IMG/VR virus record: IMGVR_UViG_3300043446_000435
Location: 21,441 to 85,440 of that record
Direction: 5' to 3' (one strand)
DNA: 64,000 nt
Origin: a virus
Shown: positions 25,616-34,962 of the stretch, in pieces
How the letters are laid out: each line of letters opens with the position of its first letter
Numbering within the stretch: the stretch's first letter is position 1
Position numbers and translations under genes: made by a program
Notes under the pieces: generated by a model
What the model saw: the letters and a program-made list of their open reading frames with translations, nothing else
What the model was told of the DNA's origin: nothing
Database searches by the model: none

Positions 25616-25793
25616 TCCCGAACTACAAAGATTGCAGCTCGTTCAGGAATTGTATAGACGCCTGCACGATGTTCGTCGCGCGAGCGCTGTTCAGATTCCT
25701 GTCGAAGATGAATTTGAACTTGGTATCAACTGTCGTCTAGCCAACGAAGCTGAGTGGCTGGAAGATCTGCTGGATAAGATTGAGAGGAGCTGA
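25590..25793 (+). CDS. hypothetical protein
   Basis: Coupled ORF. Confidence 0.65.
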   Translation: MTDTFLHADPELQRLQLVQELYRRLHDVRRASAVQIPVEDEFELGINCRLANEAEWLEDLLDKIERS

Positions 25794-25795
25794 CT

Positions 25796-26278
25796 ATGCC
25801 TAACTGGTGTTCTAACTCGTTTACCGTATCGCATGAAGATCCTGCGATGATTACCAAGTTCATCGAGTGCGTTCGTGCTGGTAATCTGTTCGAGACGTTC
25901 GTTCCGCTTTCATCTGGCGAGTGGGATTACAGTACCGCTGTCGATGAATGGAGCACGAAATGGGATATCACCGAAGGTGATGCTCAGCTTGGATCGGAAG
26001 ATGGTAAGTCATGCTATGGCTGGTTCGAGACTGCGTGGGGTCCTGGCATCCGCGCATACGAAAAGCTGAGCGAACTTGGTTTCGACGTTGATATCACTTA
26101 TCTTGAGACTGGCATGTGCTTCGCTGGTCGTTTCACGTCTCCTGACGAAGACTATTGTGTCGAATACAACTTCGAAGACGAGAACTGGCGTGATGCTATC
26201 GAAGACGAAGAAGTCCTTGAGATGCTCGAAAGCGAATATGATTCTTGGAAAGAATGGCAAGAAGAGGAAGCTCAGTGA
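25796..26278 (+). CDS. YubB/DUF1281 ferredoxin-like family protein
   Basis: MPNWCSN, WSTKWD, FETAWGP, YLETGMCFAG. Confidence 0.8.
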   Translation: MPNWCSNSFTVSHEDPAMITKFIECVRAGNLFETFVPLSSGEWDYSTAVDEWSTKWDITEGDAQLGSEDGKSCYGWFETAWGPGIRAYEKLSELGFDVDITYLETGMCFAGRFTSPDEDYCVEYNFEDENWRDAIEDEEVLEMLESEYDSWKEWQEEEAQ

Positions 26279-26520
26279 TGGCTTACGTTGAAGTTGATCT
26301 CGACGATTTTGACGACGAAGATCTTATCGAAGAACTGAAGTATCGCGGATACTCTATTTCTAAACGTCAAAAAGATTCTTCTTGGAACAGACCTTCGCTT
26401 GCGAATGATGAACTGGATGAAGTTTTATGGAAGCTGCGTGAAGCCTATATACTTGAGGGCGGTGATCATTTTCACGATTCGTTCAAGAAGCTTCTAGCAG
26501 AATACGGATACCATGTATGA
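26278..26520 (+). CDS. hypothetical protein
   Basis: VDLDDFDDEDLIEELKYRG. Confidence 0.7.
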   Translation: MAYVEVDLDDFDDEDLIEELKYRGYSISKRQKDSSWNRPSLANDELDEVLWKLREAYILEGGDHFHDSFKKLLAEYGYHV

Positions 26521-26759
26521 CAGAACGCGATCTAATCAAAACAAGATTCCTCGACTTCGTGTTTCAGAACGTCGATTCTTTACGAATTAACAATCCTGAG
26601 ATGAGTGAAGTTGAAGCCGCGAAACTTGTGATGGGTGTTGCGTTCGATACATTGACTAAGACGTGGGGTGACGCATATGGTCCACGTTACATGGCAGAAT
26701 ATTTCTATCGCGTAGCCGATGGATTTGTCGATCAATCTAACAAGGAAAAAGCGAAGTGA
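26517..26759 (+). CDS. hypothetical protein
   Basis: ATGA overlap with the upstream ORF. Confidence 0.65.
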   Translation: MTERDLIKTRFLDFVFQNVDSLRINNPEMSEVEAAKLVMGVAFDTLTKTWGDAYGPRYMAEYFYRVADGFVDQSNKEKAK

Positions 26760-27343
26760 AACTCATTGGATTATGTGGTCTCATCAGTTCTGGCAAAGGA
26801 ACTGTTGCCGATCATCTCATGGAAGAACATGATTATATTGGTGCATCGTTTGCAGAAACGCTGAAAGATGCAGCAGCCTGTATCTTTGGCTGGGATCGCG
26901 ATATGCTTGAAGGCTCAGACTCGCAAGCTCGCGCTGAACGTGAACTGAAAGACGAGTGGTGGAGCGAGCGACTAGGCTTTGATGTGTCGCCGCGATATAT
27001 GCTACAGTTCATGGGAACAGAAGTGATGCGTGGTCATCTGCACTCAGACATCTGGGCTATTGCTACTGAAAAGCGTATCCTAGAAATGTCGCGAGACTAT
27101 CCTTGGGCTAACTTCGTTATCAGCGATGTTCGTTTCCCGAATGAGTTTCAGATGATTCGTCGCCTTGGTGGAGAGATTTGGCATATTCAGCGCGGCGAGC
27201 TTCCCGACTGGTTTGGCAAGAATCCCTCGCATATTCACGCCAGCGAAACTGCGTGGAACAATGAGCGATTTGATGTTACCTTCCACAATGACAAGGATAT
27301 CTCTGGGCTAAAACTAGCCGTTGACAACTATCTCGCGAAGTGA
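26756..27343 (+). CDS. gp1: deoxynucleoside monophosphate kinase (T4 gp1-like)
   Basis: GLCGLISSGKGT, SFAETLKD, PRYMLQFMGTEVMR, ISDVRFPNE, HASE. Confidence 0.92.
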   Translation: MKLIGLCGLISSGKGTVADHLMEEHDYIGASFAETLKDAAACIFGWDRDMLEGSDSQARAERELKDEWWSERLGFDVSPRYMLQFMGTEVMRGHLHSDIWAIATEKRILEMSRDYPWANFVISDVRFPNEFQMIRRLGGEIWHIQRGELPDWFGKNPSHIHASETAWNNERFDVTFHNDKDISGLKLAVDNYLAK

Positions 27344-27349
27344 TATAAT
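27321..27349 (+). promoter_or_regulatory. sigma70-type promoter
   Basis: TTGACA-17 nt-TATAAT. Confidence 0.85.
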
Positions 27350-27367
27350 AGTATTATATGATGGAGT

Positions 27368-27745
27368 TTGGCTATGAACGTTGGCGAGAATGTTACTATC
27401 CGTGTGCGCGATGCGCGCAATCCTGCTGTGTTCGCGTCTGGTGTTATTCGCGAGTTCAATGAATACTCAGGCAAGATTTTGCCCAATCCTAAGTGGGTAT
27501 CGTCCGACTCCATCTGTATCTCTACTGGCGATACTCATTTCCCCTTCCGTATCATCGATCGTGAACGTATCGTAGGCTTGGGCGAAGCTGCTCCCGTTGC
27601 TGCTCCGCGAAGCGAGACGTTCATCGTTCAGGGTTCAAAGCCTGGAACGACATATACTGTCACTCGTGATGGTTCTCACTGGAGCTGCACTTGTGTTGGC
27701 TTCGGTTTCCGCAAAGACTGCAAGCACGTCAGGGAGTGCAAGTGA
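27368..27745 (+). CDS. SWIM zinc-finger protein
   Basis: GSKPGTTYTV...WSCTCVGFGFRKDCKH. Confidence 0.8.
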   Translation: MAMNVGENVTIRVRDARNPAVFASGVIREFNEYSGKILPNPKWVSSDSICISTGDTHFPFRIIDRERIVGLGEAAPVAAPRSETFIVQGSKPGTTYTVTRDGSHWSCTCVGFGFRKDCKHVRECK

Positions 27746-28029
27746 TGCCGAGATATTCGTTAATCCGTGACAGCGATGGTGCTGGTGACTCTGGTCCCAT
27801 GTGTCAGATTCTAGACGAAGAAAGCTATCAGCCTATCCCCAACGAAACGTATCCGCGAGTAGGTTGTGGTGTTCGCGTCGGCTCACCGTATGCCCGCACA
27901 TATTCTGCGCAGGATTATTGGCAGACTACTCCCGTCACAGAAATCATTGAGGAGTCTATCAACGATGAAGGATATTGGACTGTGAAGTTCAAGACCAAGA
28001 ACTCGTCTTACACATGGAAGGAATTCTGA
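27745..28029 (+). CDS. conserved phage hypothetical protein
   Basis: YWQTTPVTEII, FKTKNSSY. Confidence 0.75.
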   Translation: MPRYSLIRDSDGAGDSGPMCQILDEESYQPIPNETYPRVGCGVRVGSPYARTYSAQDYWQTTPVTEIIEESINDEGYWTVKFKTKNSSYTWKEF

Positions 28030-28238
28030 TGGACACAGTTCGTATTGAAATGATGATATGCAATGCGCAAGGGAGTGTCATACAGAACTGGACTACGATG
28101 CAAGGTAGTATTGAGAACAATCCGCAAATATATGTGCCTAGAGCTACAGCCCTGCAAGATTCACAATCAGGAACGAATTATGCTCGAGTGCGCGTAGTCA
28201 GTGAACAAACCAATCGAATCGTGGATATATTTACATGA
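28029..28238 (+). CDS. hypothetical protein
   Basis: TGATG coupling. Confidence 0.65.
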   Translation: MDTVRIEMMICNAQGSVIQNWTTMQGSIENNPQIYVPRATALQDSQSGTNYARVRVVSEQTNRIVDIFT

Positions 28239-28717
28239 GTGAAGACATGAAAGATTTCTGGGAAAGCATTGAACGCATTCAGAAAGCGTTCAAAGAAATC
28301 GACGCAGAGCACGCCAAGATGGCAGATGAATGCGATCCAGAACTCAAGCTTGCTGTGACTAAATGGGTGATGAAGCATATCGTCGAGCATGCGCGCGAGG
28401 GAGGCAGCTATCGCTATCTCATCTATGATCGACTAGGCTTTGGTCCAGAAGCATACGCTCCGCTCTGCTCTGATGGTATGACTATCAGCAACGAGTTTGA
28501 TCTTAATACGGTTCCTGACGCTCGCGAAGCACTAGCGGCTGGCGATCACGAAAAGCTGAAGGAAGTATTGAGTTGCTGCGACGAGCCAGGATGCTACAAT
28601 CAAATCAGCGCTGGTTTTCCGACTGACAATGGATATCGTCGCACCTGCGGTGAACACTACAGAATGTATAGCGAAAAACATCAGGAGAGAAAGAATGGCA
28701 ATGCATCTGAGTCTTGA
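28235..28717 (+). CDS. hypothetical protein with a C-terminal Cys/His cluster
   Basis: GGSYRYLIYDRLGF, CCDEPGC...TCGEH. Confidence 0.75.
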   Translation: MSEDMKDFWESIERIQKAFKEIDAEHAKMADECDPELKLAVTKWVMKHIVEHAREGGSYRYLIYDRLGFGPEAYAPLCSDGMTISNEFDLNTVPDAREALAAGDHEKLKEVLSCCDEPGCYNQISAGFPTDNGYRRTCGEHYRMYSEKHQERKNGNASES

Positions 28718-28934
28718 TATTGATTACGAACTTGCTGATCGGATTACTGTAGCCAATCTAAAAGATTGCTATCAGCGTCTTGGTAATGAAATCAAAGACG
28801 TAAAGGCGATTGAGAACAAAGAAAGATGGCATCTTGAAGATCTTGAGGACTTTAAGAGAAACCGTAAGGCTATCAAAAAGACGCTGAGATATTTCTTGAC
28901 GGCTCAAGAAGCGAAGGAGTTTTTTAATGAGTGA
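28695..28934 (+). CDS. hypothetical protein
   Basis: AGGAG RBS. Confidence 0.7.
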   Translation: MAMHLSLDIDYELADRITVANLKDCYQRLGNEIKDVKAIENKERWHLEDLEDFKRNRKAIKKTLRYFLTAQEAKEFFNE

Positions 28935-29550
28935 TGATAAGTTTTTTGTTGTTGATGATGTGCTACCAGCTGCGCAGCACGAAAGACTATATCATTCTCT
29001 GCGAAAGTTGCCGTGGACTTCTGAATGGTCTTCTGCAATCGGTCGACTAGATTTTGCTTGGCATTGGAATCATACGTTCCACGAGTCGCGTCAGAATATG
29101 CCTGCCATGTCAGATGCAGAATATGAAGCGCTGAAAGTTCGATATCCGCTTATCGCTCCTCTGTGGGATAGAGCGAAAGAAATCGTAAAACAAAACATGG
29201 GTAAGTATGATATCCTTCGTTTCTATACCAACTGCAATCCCTATGGAACGAACGCATACATCCACACAGATGATGGCGACTACACCATGATCTATTATCC
29301 TGCGCTGGAATGGAATCCGGAGTGGGAAGGTGGAACTTGTTTCTACAAGAAAGATGAGAATGGAAATCACGACGCGATCAAATATGTTTCGTATAAGCCA
29401 AATCGTCTCGTTCTATTCCCTGCAAAGATTCCTCATCGAGGAATGCCTGTCGATAGGCAATGCACCGCGCCGCGTTATGTTATCGCAATGAAACTGCAAC
29501 GTGACGTTAACGATCCAAGCTATATGCGCGAATACTACAATAGAGGTTGA
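28927..29550 (+). CDS. 2OG-Fe(II) oxygenase (prolyl hydroxylase-like)
   Basis: IHTD, WNPEWEGGT, PNRLVLFPAKIPHRG, R...AMK. Confidence 0.88.
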   Translation: MSDDKFFVVDDVLPAAQHERLYHSLRKLPWTSEWSSAIGRLDFAWHWNHTFHESRQNMPAMSDAEYEALKVRYPLIAPLWDRAKEIVKQNMGKYDILRFYTNCNPYGTNAYIHTDDGDYTMIYYPALEWNPEWEGGTCFYKKDENGNHDAIKYVSYKPNRLVLFPAKIPHRGMPVDRQCTAPRYVIAMKLQRDVNDPSYMREYYNRG

Positions 29551-29552
29551 TC

Positions 29553-29756
29553 ATGGCTAAGAAAACTACGAATGAAGGATTCAACGTCAGTTATTACTGT
29601 CGCGATAAGAACACCAGCGACGATATCAAGAACGTCTCAATGAGTTGGGATAATCGTTCTATTGACGAAATCCGCGAGAATCTTAACACATGGCTTATTG
29701 CTACTGGATATGGTGATTTGGTGGTTGTGCAGCAGGTGACAAAAGATGCAAAGTGA
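29553..29756 (+). CDS. hypothetical protein
   Basis: GAGG RBS. Confidence 0.65.
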   Translation: MAKKTTNEGFNVSYYCRDKNTSDDIKNVSMSWDNRSIDEIRENLNTWLIATGYGDLVVVQQVTKDAK

Positions 29757-29853
29757 TCTCGAACTCCTTGTAGAATACGATATGTTCGTAAACGGTTTCG
29801 ATCCCGCTAACAAGGACGACATCATTGCGTATTGGGCTGCACTTCTTCAGTAA
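29746..29853 (+). CDS. 35 aa hypothetical protein (not in the ORF track)
   Basis: AGGTG RBS; MQSDLELLVEYDMFVNGFDPANKDDIIAYW. Confidence 0.6.
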   Translation: MQSDLELLVEYDMFVNGFDPANKDDIIAYWAALLQ

Positions 29854-30004
29854 GTTTTGGCGTCTGTGGGCTAAAGCTCTCGGCAGAAAAGAAGGTATCA
29901 CTGATAAAGAGTCGGATAGGGTTGCCCTTATCCGCACTCTAATCGTGCTATCGTATATCATCACAAACATCTTTATCATAGCAGGCGTGATACGACATTG
30001 GTAA
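29825..30004 (+). CDS. small conserved myovirus membrane protein (not in the ORF track)
   Basis: WRLWAKALG...DRVALIRTLIVLSYIITNIFIIAGVIRHW; start uncertain. Confidence 0.65.
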   Translation: MRIGLHFFSKFWRLWAKALGRKEGITDKESDRVALIRTLIVLSYIITNIFIIAGVIRHW

Positions 30005-30237
30005 GCAAGAAAGCAGAGTGGTGGTTTGAGTGGGGTTCAACAGCGATCCTCATTGTTGGCGTAGCTCTGACTGCGTGGAACATCTATCCGCTCAACGTCT
30101 GGTTCTCGCTCGCTGGTAACTTTGGCTGGTTCGTAGTGGGTTGGCTTTGGCGTAAGTGGTCACTCTTGACAATTCAGATCATAGTGAGTATAATATATCT
30201 AATGGGTCTAGCACAACACTATGGAGTATGGCTGTGA
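29998..30237 (+). CDS. small membrane protein
   Basis: Three hydrophobic segments, NIYPLN. Confidence 0.75.
   Translation: MVSKKAEWWFEWGSTAILIVGVALTAWNIYPLNVWFSLAGNFGWFVVGWLWRKWSLLTIQIIVSIIYLMGLAQHYGVWL
30166..30194 (+). promoter_or_regulatory. sigma70-type promoter
   Basis: TTGACA-17 nt-TATAAT. Confidence 0.8.
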
Positions 30238-30914
30238 AAATTGGCATCATGTCAGACCTTCACATGTATAAGACTGTTCTGACTGAAGAGACGCCTTGGG
30301 ATTTCGAGCCAGAGCCCGATGTGTTCTATATCTGCGCTGGTGATATCTGCGAAGATGACGATGCTCGCGCTCGTTTTGTTCAGAAGCACTACGATCATAT
30401 GTTTGCTATCAACGGCAATCACGATTACTATGGCGGATATTTCAGCGACGCTATCTATCACACGCTCACGCGCGAAGTGAATGGTATCAAGATCGCTGGC
30501 GCAACGCTATGGACTGACTTATCAAAGTTTCTCGATTGGGTAATGTATGAGAACGGTCTCATCGACTCTCGATATATCTCAGGAGTGACACATCAGCGTA
30601 TGATGGAAACGCACAACGCACACAAGTATTTCTTGCTCAACAGCGAAGCTGATATCATTGTGTCGCATCACACTCCTTCATATCAATCTGTTCATGAGAA
30701 GTATCGTGGTAGCCCGTTCAATTCATCGTTCTCTAATAACATGGACGAGCAGATCCTTGCTATGAAGAAGCCGCCCAAGCTGTGGATTCACGGACATACT
30801 CACGATGAATTCGATTATATGATCGGCGAGACTCGTGTGATCTGCTGGCCTCGCGGCTACAAGAACGAGCGCGACAACTATTGGAACTACAAACCAAAGA
30901 TCGTGGAGATTTGA
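30228..30914 (+). CDS. calcineurin-like metallophosphoesterase
   Basis: SDLH, AGD, GNHDYY, SHH, HGHTH. Confidence 0.92.
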   Translation: MAVKIGIMSDLHMYKTVLTEETPWDFEPEPDVFYICAGDICEDDDARARFVQKHYDHMFAINGNHDYYGGYFSDAIYHTLTREVNGIKIAGATLWTDLSKFLDWVMYENGLIDSRYISGVTHQRMMETHNAHKYFLLNSEADIIVSHHTPSYQSVHEKYRGSPFNSSFSNNMDEQILAMKKPPKLWIHGHTHDEFDYMIGETRVICWPRGYKNERDNYWNYKPKIVEI

Positions 30915-30915
30915 T

Positions 30916-31500
30916 ATGAACAGATTTATCCTTGACAAAGATCCGCAAACTGCCGCAGAGTATCATTGCGACAAACACGTTGTCAAAATGATCCTCGAAG
31001 AATGTCAGATGCTTTGCACTGCGCATCGTATTCTTGACGGCGTAGAAACTTTGGGTAAGTCCAAAACTAATCGTAATGTCAAGCGTTGGATTCTTCCAGA
31101 CGAACGCGAAACAGCTCTGTATCACGCCACTCATGTCAATCATCCTTGCACTCAGTGGTCGATGTTCACAACGAACAATTATACTTGGTCGGTATCATTG
31201 CTGCGTTGTTTGCTTGACGAGTATAAGTTTCGCTACAAGAAAGAGCATAAGTGCGAACAGCTATATCCGCTTCTCCAGCGGCTGCCGCACAATATCAAGT
31301 CTGGTCCGCTGACTCTATTTCCACAGGCTATGCCTGATGAATGTAAGCGCGAGCATCCAGTAGAAGGCTATCGTCAATACTATATAGATCACAAGGCGCG
31401 ATTCGCAAAATGGACGGATCGGCCTGTACCGGAGTGGTTCACTTGTTCATCAAACTCACAAACACATCCGGCGACCACGCCGGAGAAAGTATATGGATAA
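30916..31500 (+). CDS. pyrimidine dimer DNA glycosylase-like (DenV superfamily)
   Basis: HCDKHVVKMILE..QML.TAH, THVNHPCT.W, PQAMPD. Confidence 0.8.
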   Translation: MNRFILDKDPQTAAEYHCDKHVVKMILEECQMLCTAHRILDGVETLGKSKTNRNVKRWILPDERETALYHATHVNHPCTQWSMFTTNNYTWSVSLLRCLLDEYKFRYKKEHKCEQLYPLLQRLPHNIKSGPLTLFPQAMPDECKREHPVEGYRQYYIDHKARFAKWTDRPVPEWFTCSSNSQTHPATTPEKVYG

Positions 31501-31679
31501 ACGTAGATCACATCACAGCAGTCTACGATCACCCTAAAGTTGCTGGTGGCGGGATTACTACGTTCGTTCACGGACGAGTAGGTGCTCCAATCACTTGGGA
31601 AGTCGAAGAGTCTACATCGCAGGTTATGAAACTGATTGAGGAAGCAAATGCAAAGCGTGAAGGTTGTAGCTGTAAGTAA
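31434..31679 (+). CDS. small FlbD-like protein
   Basis: FIKLTN...WINVDHI...EVEES; start uncertain. Confidence 0.55.
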   Translation: MVHLFIKLTNTSGDHAGESIWINVDHITAVYDHPKVAGGGITTFVHGRVGAPITWEVEESTSQVMKLIEEANAKREGCSCK

Positions 31680-32328
31680 GCCAACGATTAGTGATCCTAT
31701 CACTGGTTACATTGTTGGTACCGATGAGTTCATTGCTTATGTTGCTCGTGTAAGTAATCCATCTAATCAAATGAATACGGAGACGGCTCCTAAGCTGCTT
31801 CGTTATCTCGCTAAGAACGCGCATTGGTCTCCATTCGAAATGGTTTCTATTTGCATGGAAATCGACACGACTCGCGACATCGCTCGACAGATCCTCCGTC
31901 ACCGTTCATTTTCTTTCCAAGAGTTCTCGCAGCGTTATGCTGATCCTACAAAAGATCTTGGGTTCGTTACTCGCGAAGCTCGTCTGCAGGATACTAAGAA
32001 TCGTCAGAATAGCATCGAGACCGAAGACGAACAGCTTCAGCGCGATTGGAATCAGATCCAAAGCAACATGCAGGATATGGCTAGAGGCGCATATAAGTGG
32101 GCTATCGAAAATAATATCGCCAAGGAACAGGCTCGAGCTGTGCTTCCCGAAGGACTAATTCAGTCGCGTATGTATATGAACGGGACGCTTCGTAGCTGGA
32201 TTCACTACTGCGAACTGCGTATGGCAAACGGCACTCAGAAAGAGCATCGTGAGATTGCTACTATGGCATGGAACGAAATCACAAAGATTTTCCCTTCCCT
32301 CGCTGACATTCTGTCAGATACTAAATAA
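31648..32328 (+). CDS. thyX: FAD-dependent thymidylate synthase
   Basis: ARVS, HWSPFE, RQILRHRSFSFQEFSQRY, TQKEHR. Confidence 0.97.
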   Translation: MQSVKVVAVSKPTISDPITGYIVGTDEFIAYVARVSNPSNQMNTETAPKLLRYLAKNAHWSPFEMVSICMEIDTTRDIARQILRHRSFSFQEFSQRYADPTKDLGFVTREARLQDTKNRQNSIETEDEQLQRDWNQIQSNMQDMARGAYKWAIENNIAKEQARAVLPEGLIQSRMYMNGTLRSWIHYCELRMANGTQKEHREIATMAWNEITKIFPSLADILSDTK

Positions 32329-32336
32329 TAGGTACG

Positions 32337-32570
32337 ATGCCTTCATACACTATTGAAAACACACAGACCGGCGAAGTCACTACCGAGATCATGTCTTGGG
32401 ACTCGCTAGAACAGCATCTCGCAGCAAATCCCCACCTAAAGCAAATCATCGGTGCGCCGCCAATCGTCAGCGGCGTATCGGCTGGACGCAACAAACCTGA
32501 CAGCGGCTTTCGCGATATCCTAAAGACTATCAAGAAACGCCATCCAGGTTCAACTGTCAACACATTCTAA
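32337..32570 (+). CDS. FmdB-like small conserved T4-like protein
   Basis: MPSYT..NT.TGE, KPDSGFRDIL; CTAAATA upstream. Confidence 0.75.
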   Translation: MPSYTIENTQTGEVTTEIMSWDSLEQHLAANPHLKQIIGAPPIVSGVSAGRNKPDSGFRDILKTIKKRHPGSTVNTF

Positions 32571-32607
32571 GGAGGACCGCACGACACAGAACTCGTTCTA
32601 GTTCGTT

Positions 32608-33411
32608 ATGATTCCCTATAACCATAACATCGGAGCAGACATGAAGCCTGCAATCATAGACGAAGCATTTCTTGAAGCCGAAGCAAGTAAGTATTTGACG
32701 AGAAAAGAACGAAAACAAAAGAAGAGAGCTAAGGGAACAGGTTATCGACAACCTGTGATTCCGAGCTTGTGTCGTGTATCCCCCAAAACAGCAGCGCAAC
32801 GACTCGTCGTCGAAGCATTCAATTCAGACAAGAATATTATCATGCACGGATGCGCGGGAACTGGTAAGACGTTTCTTGCCGTTTGGTTATCAATGAATTC
32901 CGTGCTAGAAGGTGAAGCACCGCGCCCAATCGTAATCCTACGCAGCGTGGTTCCTACACGCGATATTGGTTTTTTACCAGGATCTGCTAAGGACAAAGCC
33001 GCAGTTTACGAAGCTCCGTATTCGGGAATCGTTTCTGAGATTTGTGATAAGAATTACGACTGGCTCAAGCAAAACGGCTACATTCAATTTGACACAACGT
33101 CATTCCTGCGTGGTATGACATTCCGTGATAACATCATCATCGTTGATGAGTGTCAGAATTTATCCGATCACGAAATCCATACTATCATGACTCGCGTGGG
33201 TGAGGGATGTCGTGTTATTTTCTGTGGCGACTTTACGCAGAAAGACTATATCCGTGAAGGCTCGGGAATGAACAATCTACTCAAGATTGCTAGTGAAATG
33301 CGTTCGTTCGAAATTGTGAAGTTTCATAAGGAGGATGTCGTTCGTTCGGGGTTTGTGCGCGAATATATACTAACACGCACAGAACTTGAAGAACGTGGAA
33401 TGATAACTTGA
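32608..33411 (+). CDS. phoH: PhoH-like ATPase
   Basis: GCAGTGKT, RDIGFLPG, FLRGMTF, IIVDECQN, TRVG, GDFTQ. Confidence 0.95.
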   Translation: MIPYNHNIGADMKPAIIDEAFLEAEASKYLTRKERKQKKRAKGTGYRQPVIPSLCRVSPKTAAQRLVVEAFNSDKNIIMHGCAGTGKTFLAVWLSMNSVLEGEAPRPIVILRSVVPTRDIGFLPGSAKDKAAVYEAPYSGIVSEICDKNYDWLKQNGYIQFDTTSFLRGMTFRDNIIIVDECQNLSDHEIHTIMTRVGEGCRVIFCGDFTQKDYIREGSGMNNLLKIASEMRSFEIVKFHKEDVVRSGFVREYILTRTELEERGMIT

Positions 33412-34103
33412 GATTTGATCATAGTCCTTACATAGATTTACCAAGAGCAAAACAAATCAACACACCATCGGGGCGTCGCTATCAGACCCCCGATGGAAAC
33501 GTGTATCCTTCCATCACCACAGTTCTGGGCGATCAGCCGGAGAAGAAGAAAGCCATTGCTGAGTGGCGTGCTCGTGTTGGTGAAGCCGAAGCAAACAAAA
33601 TCAGCTCGCAAGCCGCTCGTCGTGGTACCGATCTCCACAACCTTATGGAAACCTACATTTTAGGAGACGAGATTGATGCAAAGAAAATCATGCCCGCGAC
33701 ACTCGCACGTTTTCGTCCTGTTCAGAAATGTCTGGATGAGAATCTACAACTTGTTTATGCGTCTGAAACACCAATGTTCTCAGACATCCTCCGCATCGCA
33801 GGGACCGCAGACTTAATCTGCGAATGGAATGGCGAAGTGACTGTGATTGATTTTAAGACGGCTGCAAGAATGAAGACAGCCGATATGATTACCGACTACT
33901 TCCTACAAGCCACAGCCTACTCGATCATGTTCGAGGAGCATACTGGTATCGAATGTCATCACTTTGCCATTCTCATGGTTTCTGACGAAGGCGAGTTCCA
34001 AGTATTCTCAGGCAAACGCAATGACTACGTCCGCCAATTGATTCGTGTAAGAGATCAATATGAGTGGAGGAAAAGTCTTGACGAACACAGGCAAACCGCT
34101 TAA
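33408..34103 (+). CDS. PD-(D/E)XK exonuclease
   Basis: YPSITTVL, RGTDLH, AGTADLI, IDFKT, QATAY. Confidence 0.9.
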   Translation: MRFDHSPYIDLPRAKQINTPSGRRYQTPDGNVYPSITTVLGDQPEKKKAIAEWRARVGEAEANKISSQAARRGTDLHNLMETYILGDEIDAKKIMPATLARFRPVQKCLDENLQLVYASETPMFSDILRIAGTADLICEWNGEVTVIDFKTAARMKTADMITDYFLQATAYSIMFEEHTGIECHHFAILMVSDEGEFQVFSGKRNDYVRQLIRVRDQYEWRKSLDEHRQTA

Positions 34104-34111
34104 TATAAATA
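34104..34111 (+). promoter_or_regulatory. T4-type late promoter for tmRNA
   Basis: TATAAATA just before the tmRNA. Confidence 0.7.
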
Positions 34112-34114
34112 TCA

Positions 34115-34418
34115 CGCTGAGGTCGTTGAGGCGTATGGAATAAGCGTTTCGGACGCGGGTGCGATACCCGCCGCCTCCACCATAAACACAAGCGTCCTGC
34201 GAGAGAGTTGCTTTAGGGTAGGACGACAGGAAATAGAACAGCAACTAATACCTGTTCCACTTGTGTTTATGATGGGGGCGAAATAGGTTCGACGGGATGC
34301 AGTAAAGATGCGAAGAGACCAAAAGCACGTTCTAGATGCAAACGACAATGCACCTGTAGCTATGGCACTCGCTGCCTAAGCATGAGCTCGGGAGGAGCTT
34401 GGAAACAGAATCCTCCCA
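34115..34418 (+). ncRNA. ssrA: circularly permuted two-piece tmRNA, tag (A)ANDNAPVAMALAA
   Basis: 3' TLD half GGACGCGGG..CCCGCCGCCTCCACCA (ends 34182) precedes 5' half GGGGGCGAAATAGGTTCGAC (34274); tag codons 34338-34379. Confidence 0.95.
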
Positions 34419-34441
34419 CTTCCCACACATCGAGGTAGATT

Positions 34442-34669
34442 ATGTCTGATTCTAATGATAAGCGTCTCCGCTACGAAGTTCTTTGCACCGCAATTGGTTT
34501 AGTAGATCAAGAACTCTACTGGCGAAAAGAAAGTGGTGAGACTGTGACTGCTCCTCCTACAGAAACATACATCAACAAAGCTAAAGAGCTGATGACATTC
34601 GTTGATGATATCGCTGATCCAACTGTAAAGACTGTCACTCAGCTTCTGACAGAACACATGGGTAAGTGA
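34442..34669 (+). CDS. hypothetical protein
   Basis: GAGGT RBS. Confidence 0.7.
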   Translation: MSDSNDKRLRYEVLCTAIGLVDQELYWRKESGETVTAPPTETYINKAKELMTFVDDIADPTVKTVTQLLTEHMGK

Positions 34670-34673
34670 TCAT

Positions 34674-34749
34674 TCGGGGTTAGTTCAATCGGTAGAACTG
34701 CGGGTTTTGAGTCCGCGTGTTGGTGGTTCGAGTCCATCACCCCGAACCA
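34674..34749 (+). tRNA. tRNA-Gln(TTG)
   Basis: TCGGGGT/ACCCCGA, TT-TTG-AG, CCA. Confidence 0.93.
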
Positions 34750-34764
34750 ACTTAGGATTATATC

Positions 34765-34959
34765 ATGCAACGTAGACTTACAATCAGCCCTAAAGAACTC
34801 GAAACTCTTACAGAGTGGATCAAAGATATGGATCCACAACCACACAAAATCTCTTTGTTCAGTGAAAGCACAGGAATCGGCTGCTGCATTCGTGCAGAAA
34901 TCGAGACAGCTGAAGGCGAAGGTGTGTGGAAAGATATCACAGACTATGATAATTGGTGA
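34765..34959 (+). CDS. hypothetical protein
   Basis: STGIG, DITDYDNW. Confidence 0.7.
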   Translation: MQRRLTISPKELETLTEWIKDMDPQPHKISLFSESTGIGCCIRAEIETAEGEGVWKDITDYDNW

Positions 34960-34962
34960 CAC

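Noticed and set aside
33408-34103. Cas4 implying a CRISPR system
   Set aside because: Lacks the four-Cys cluster and is the usual exonuclease next to phoH in T4-like phages
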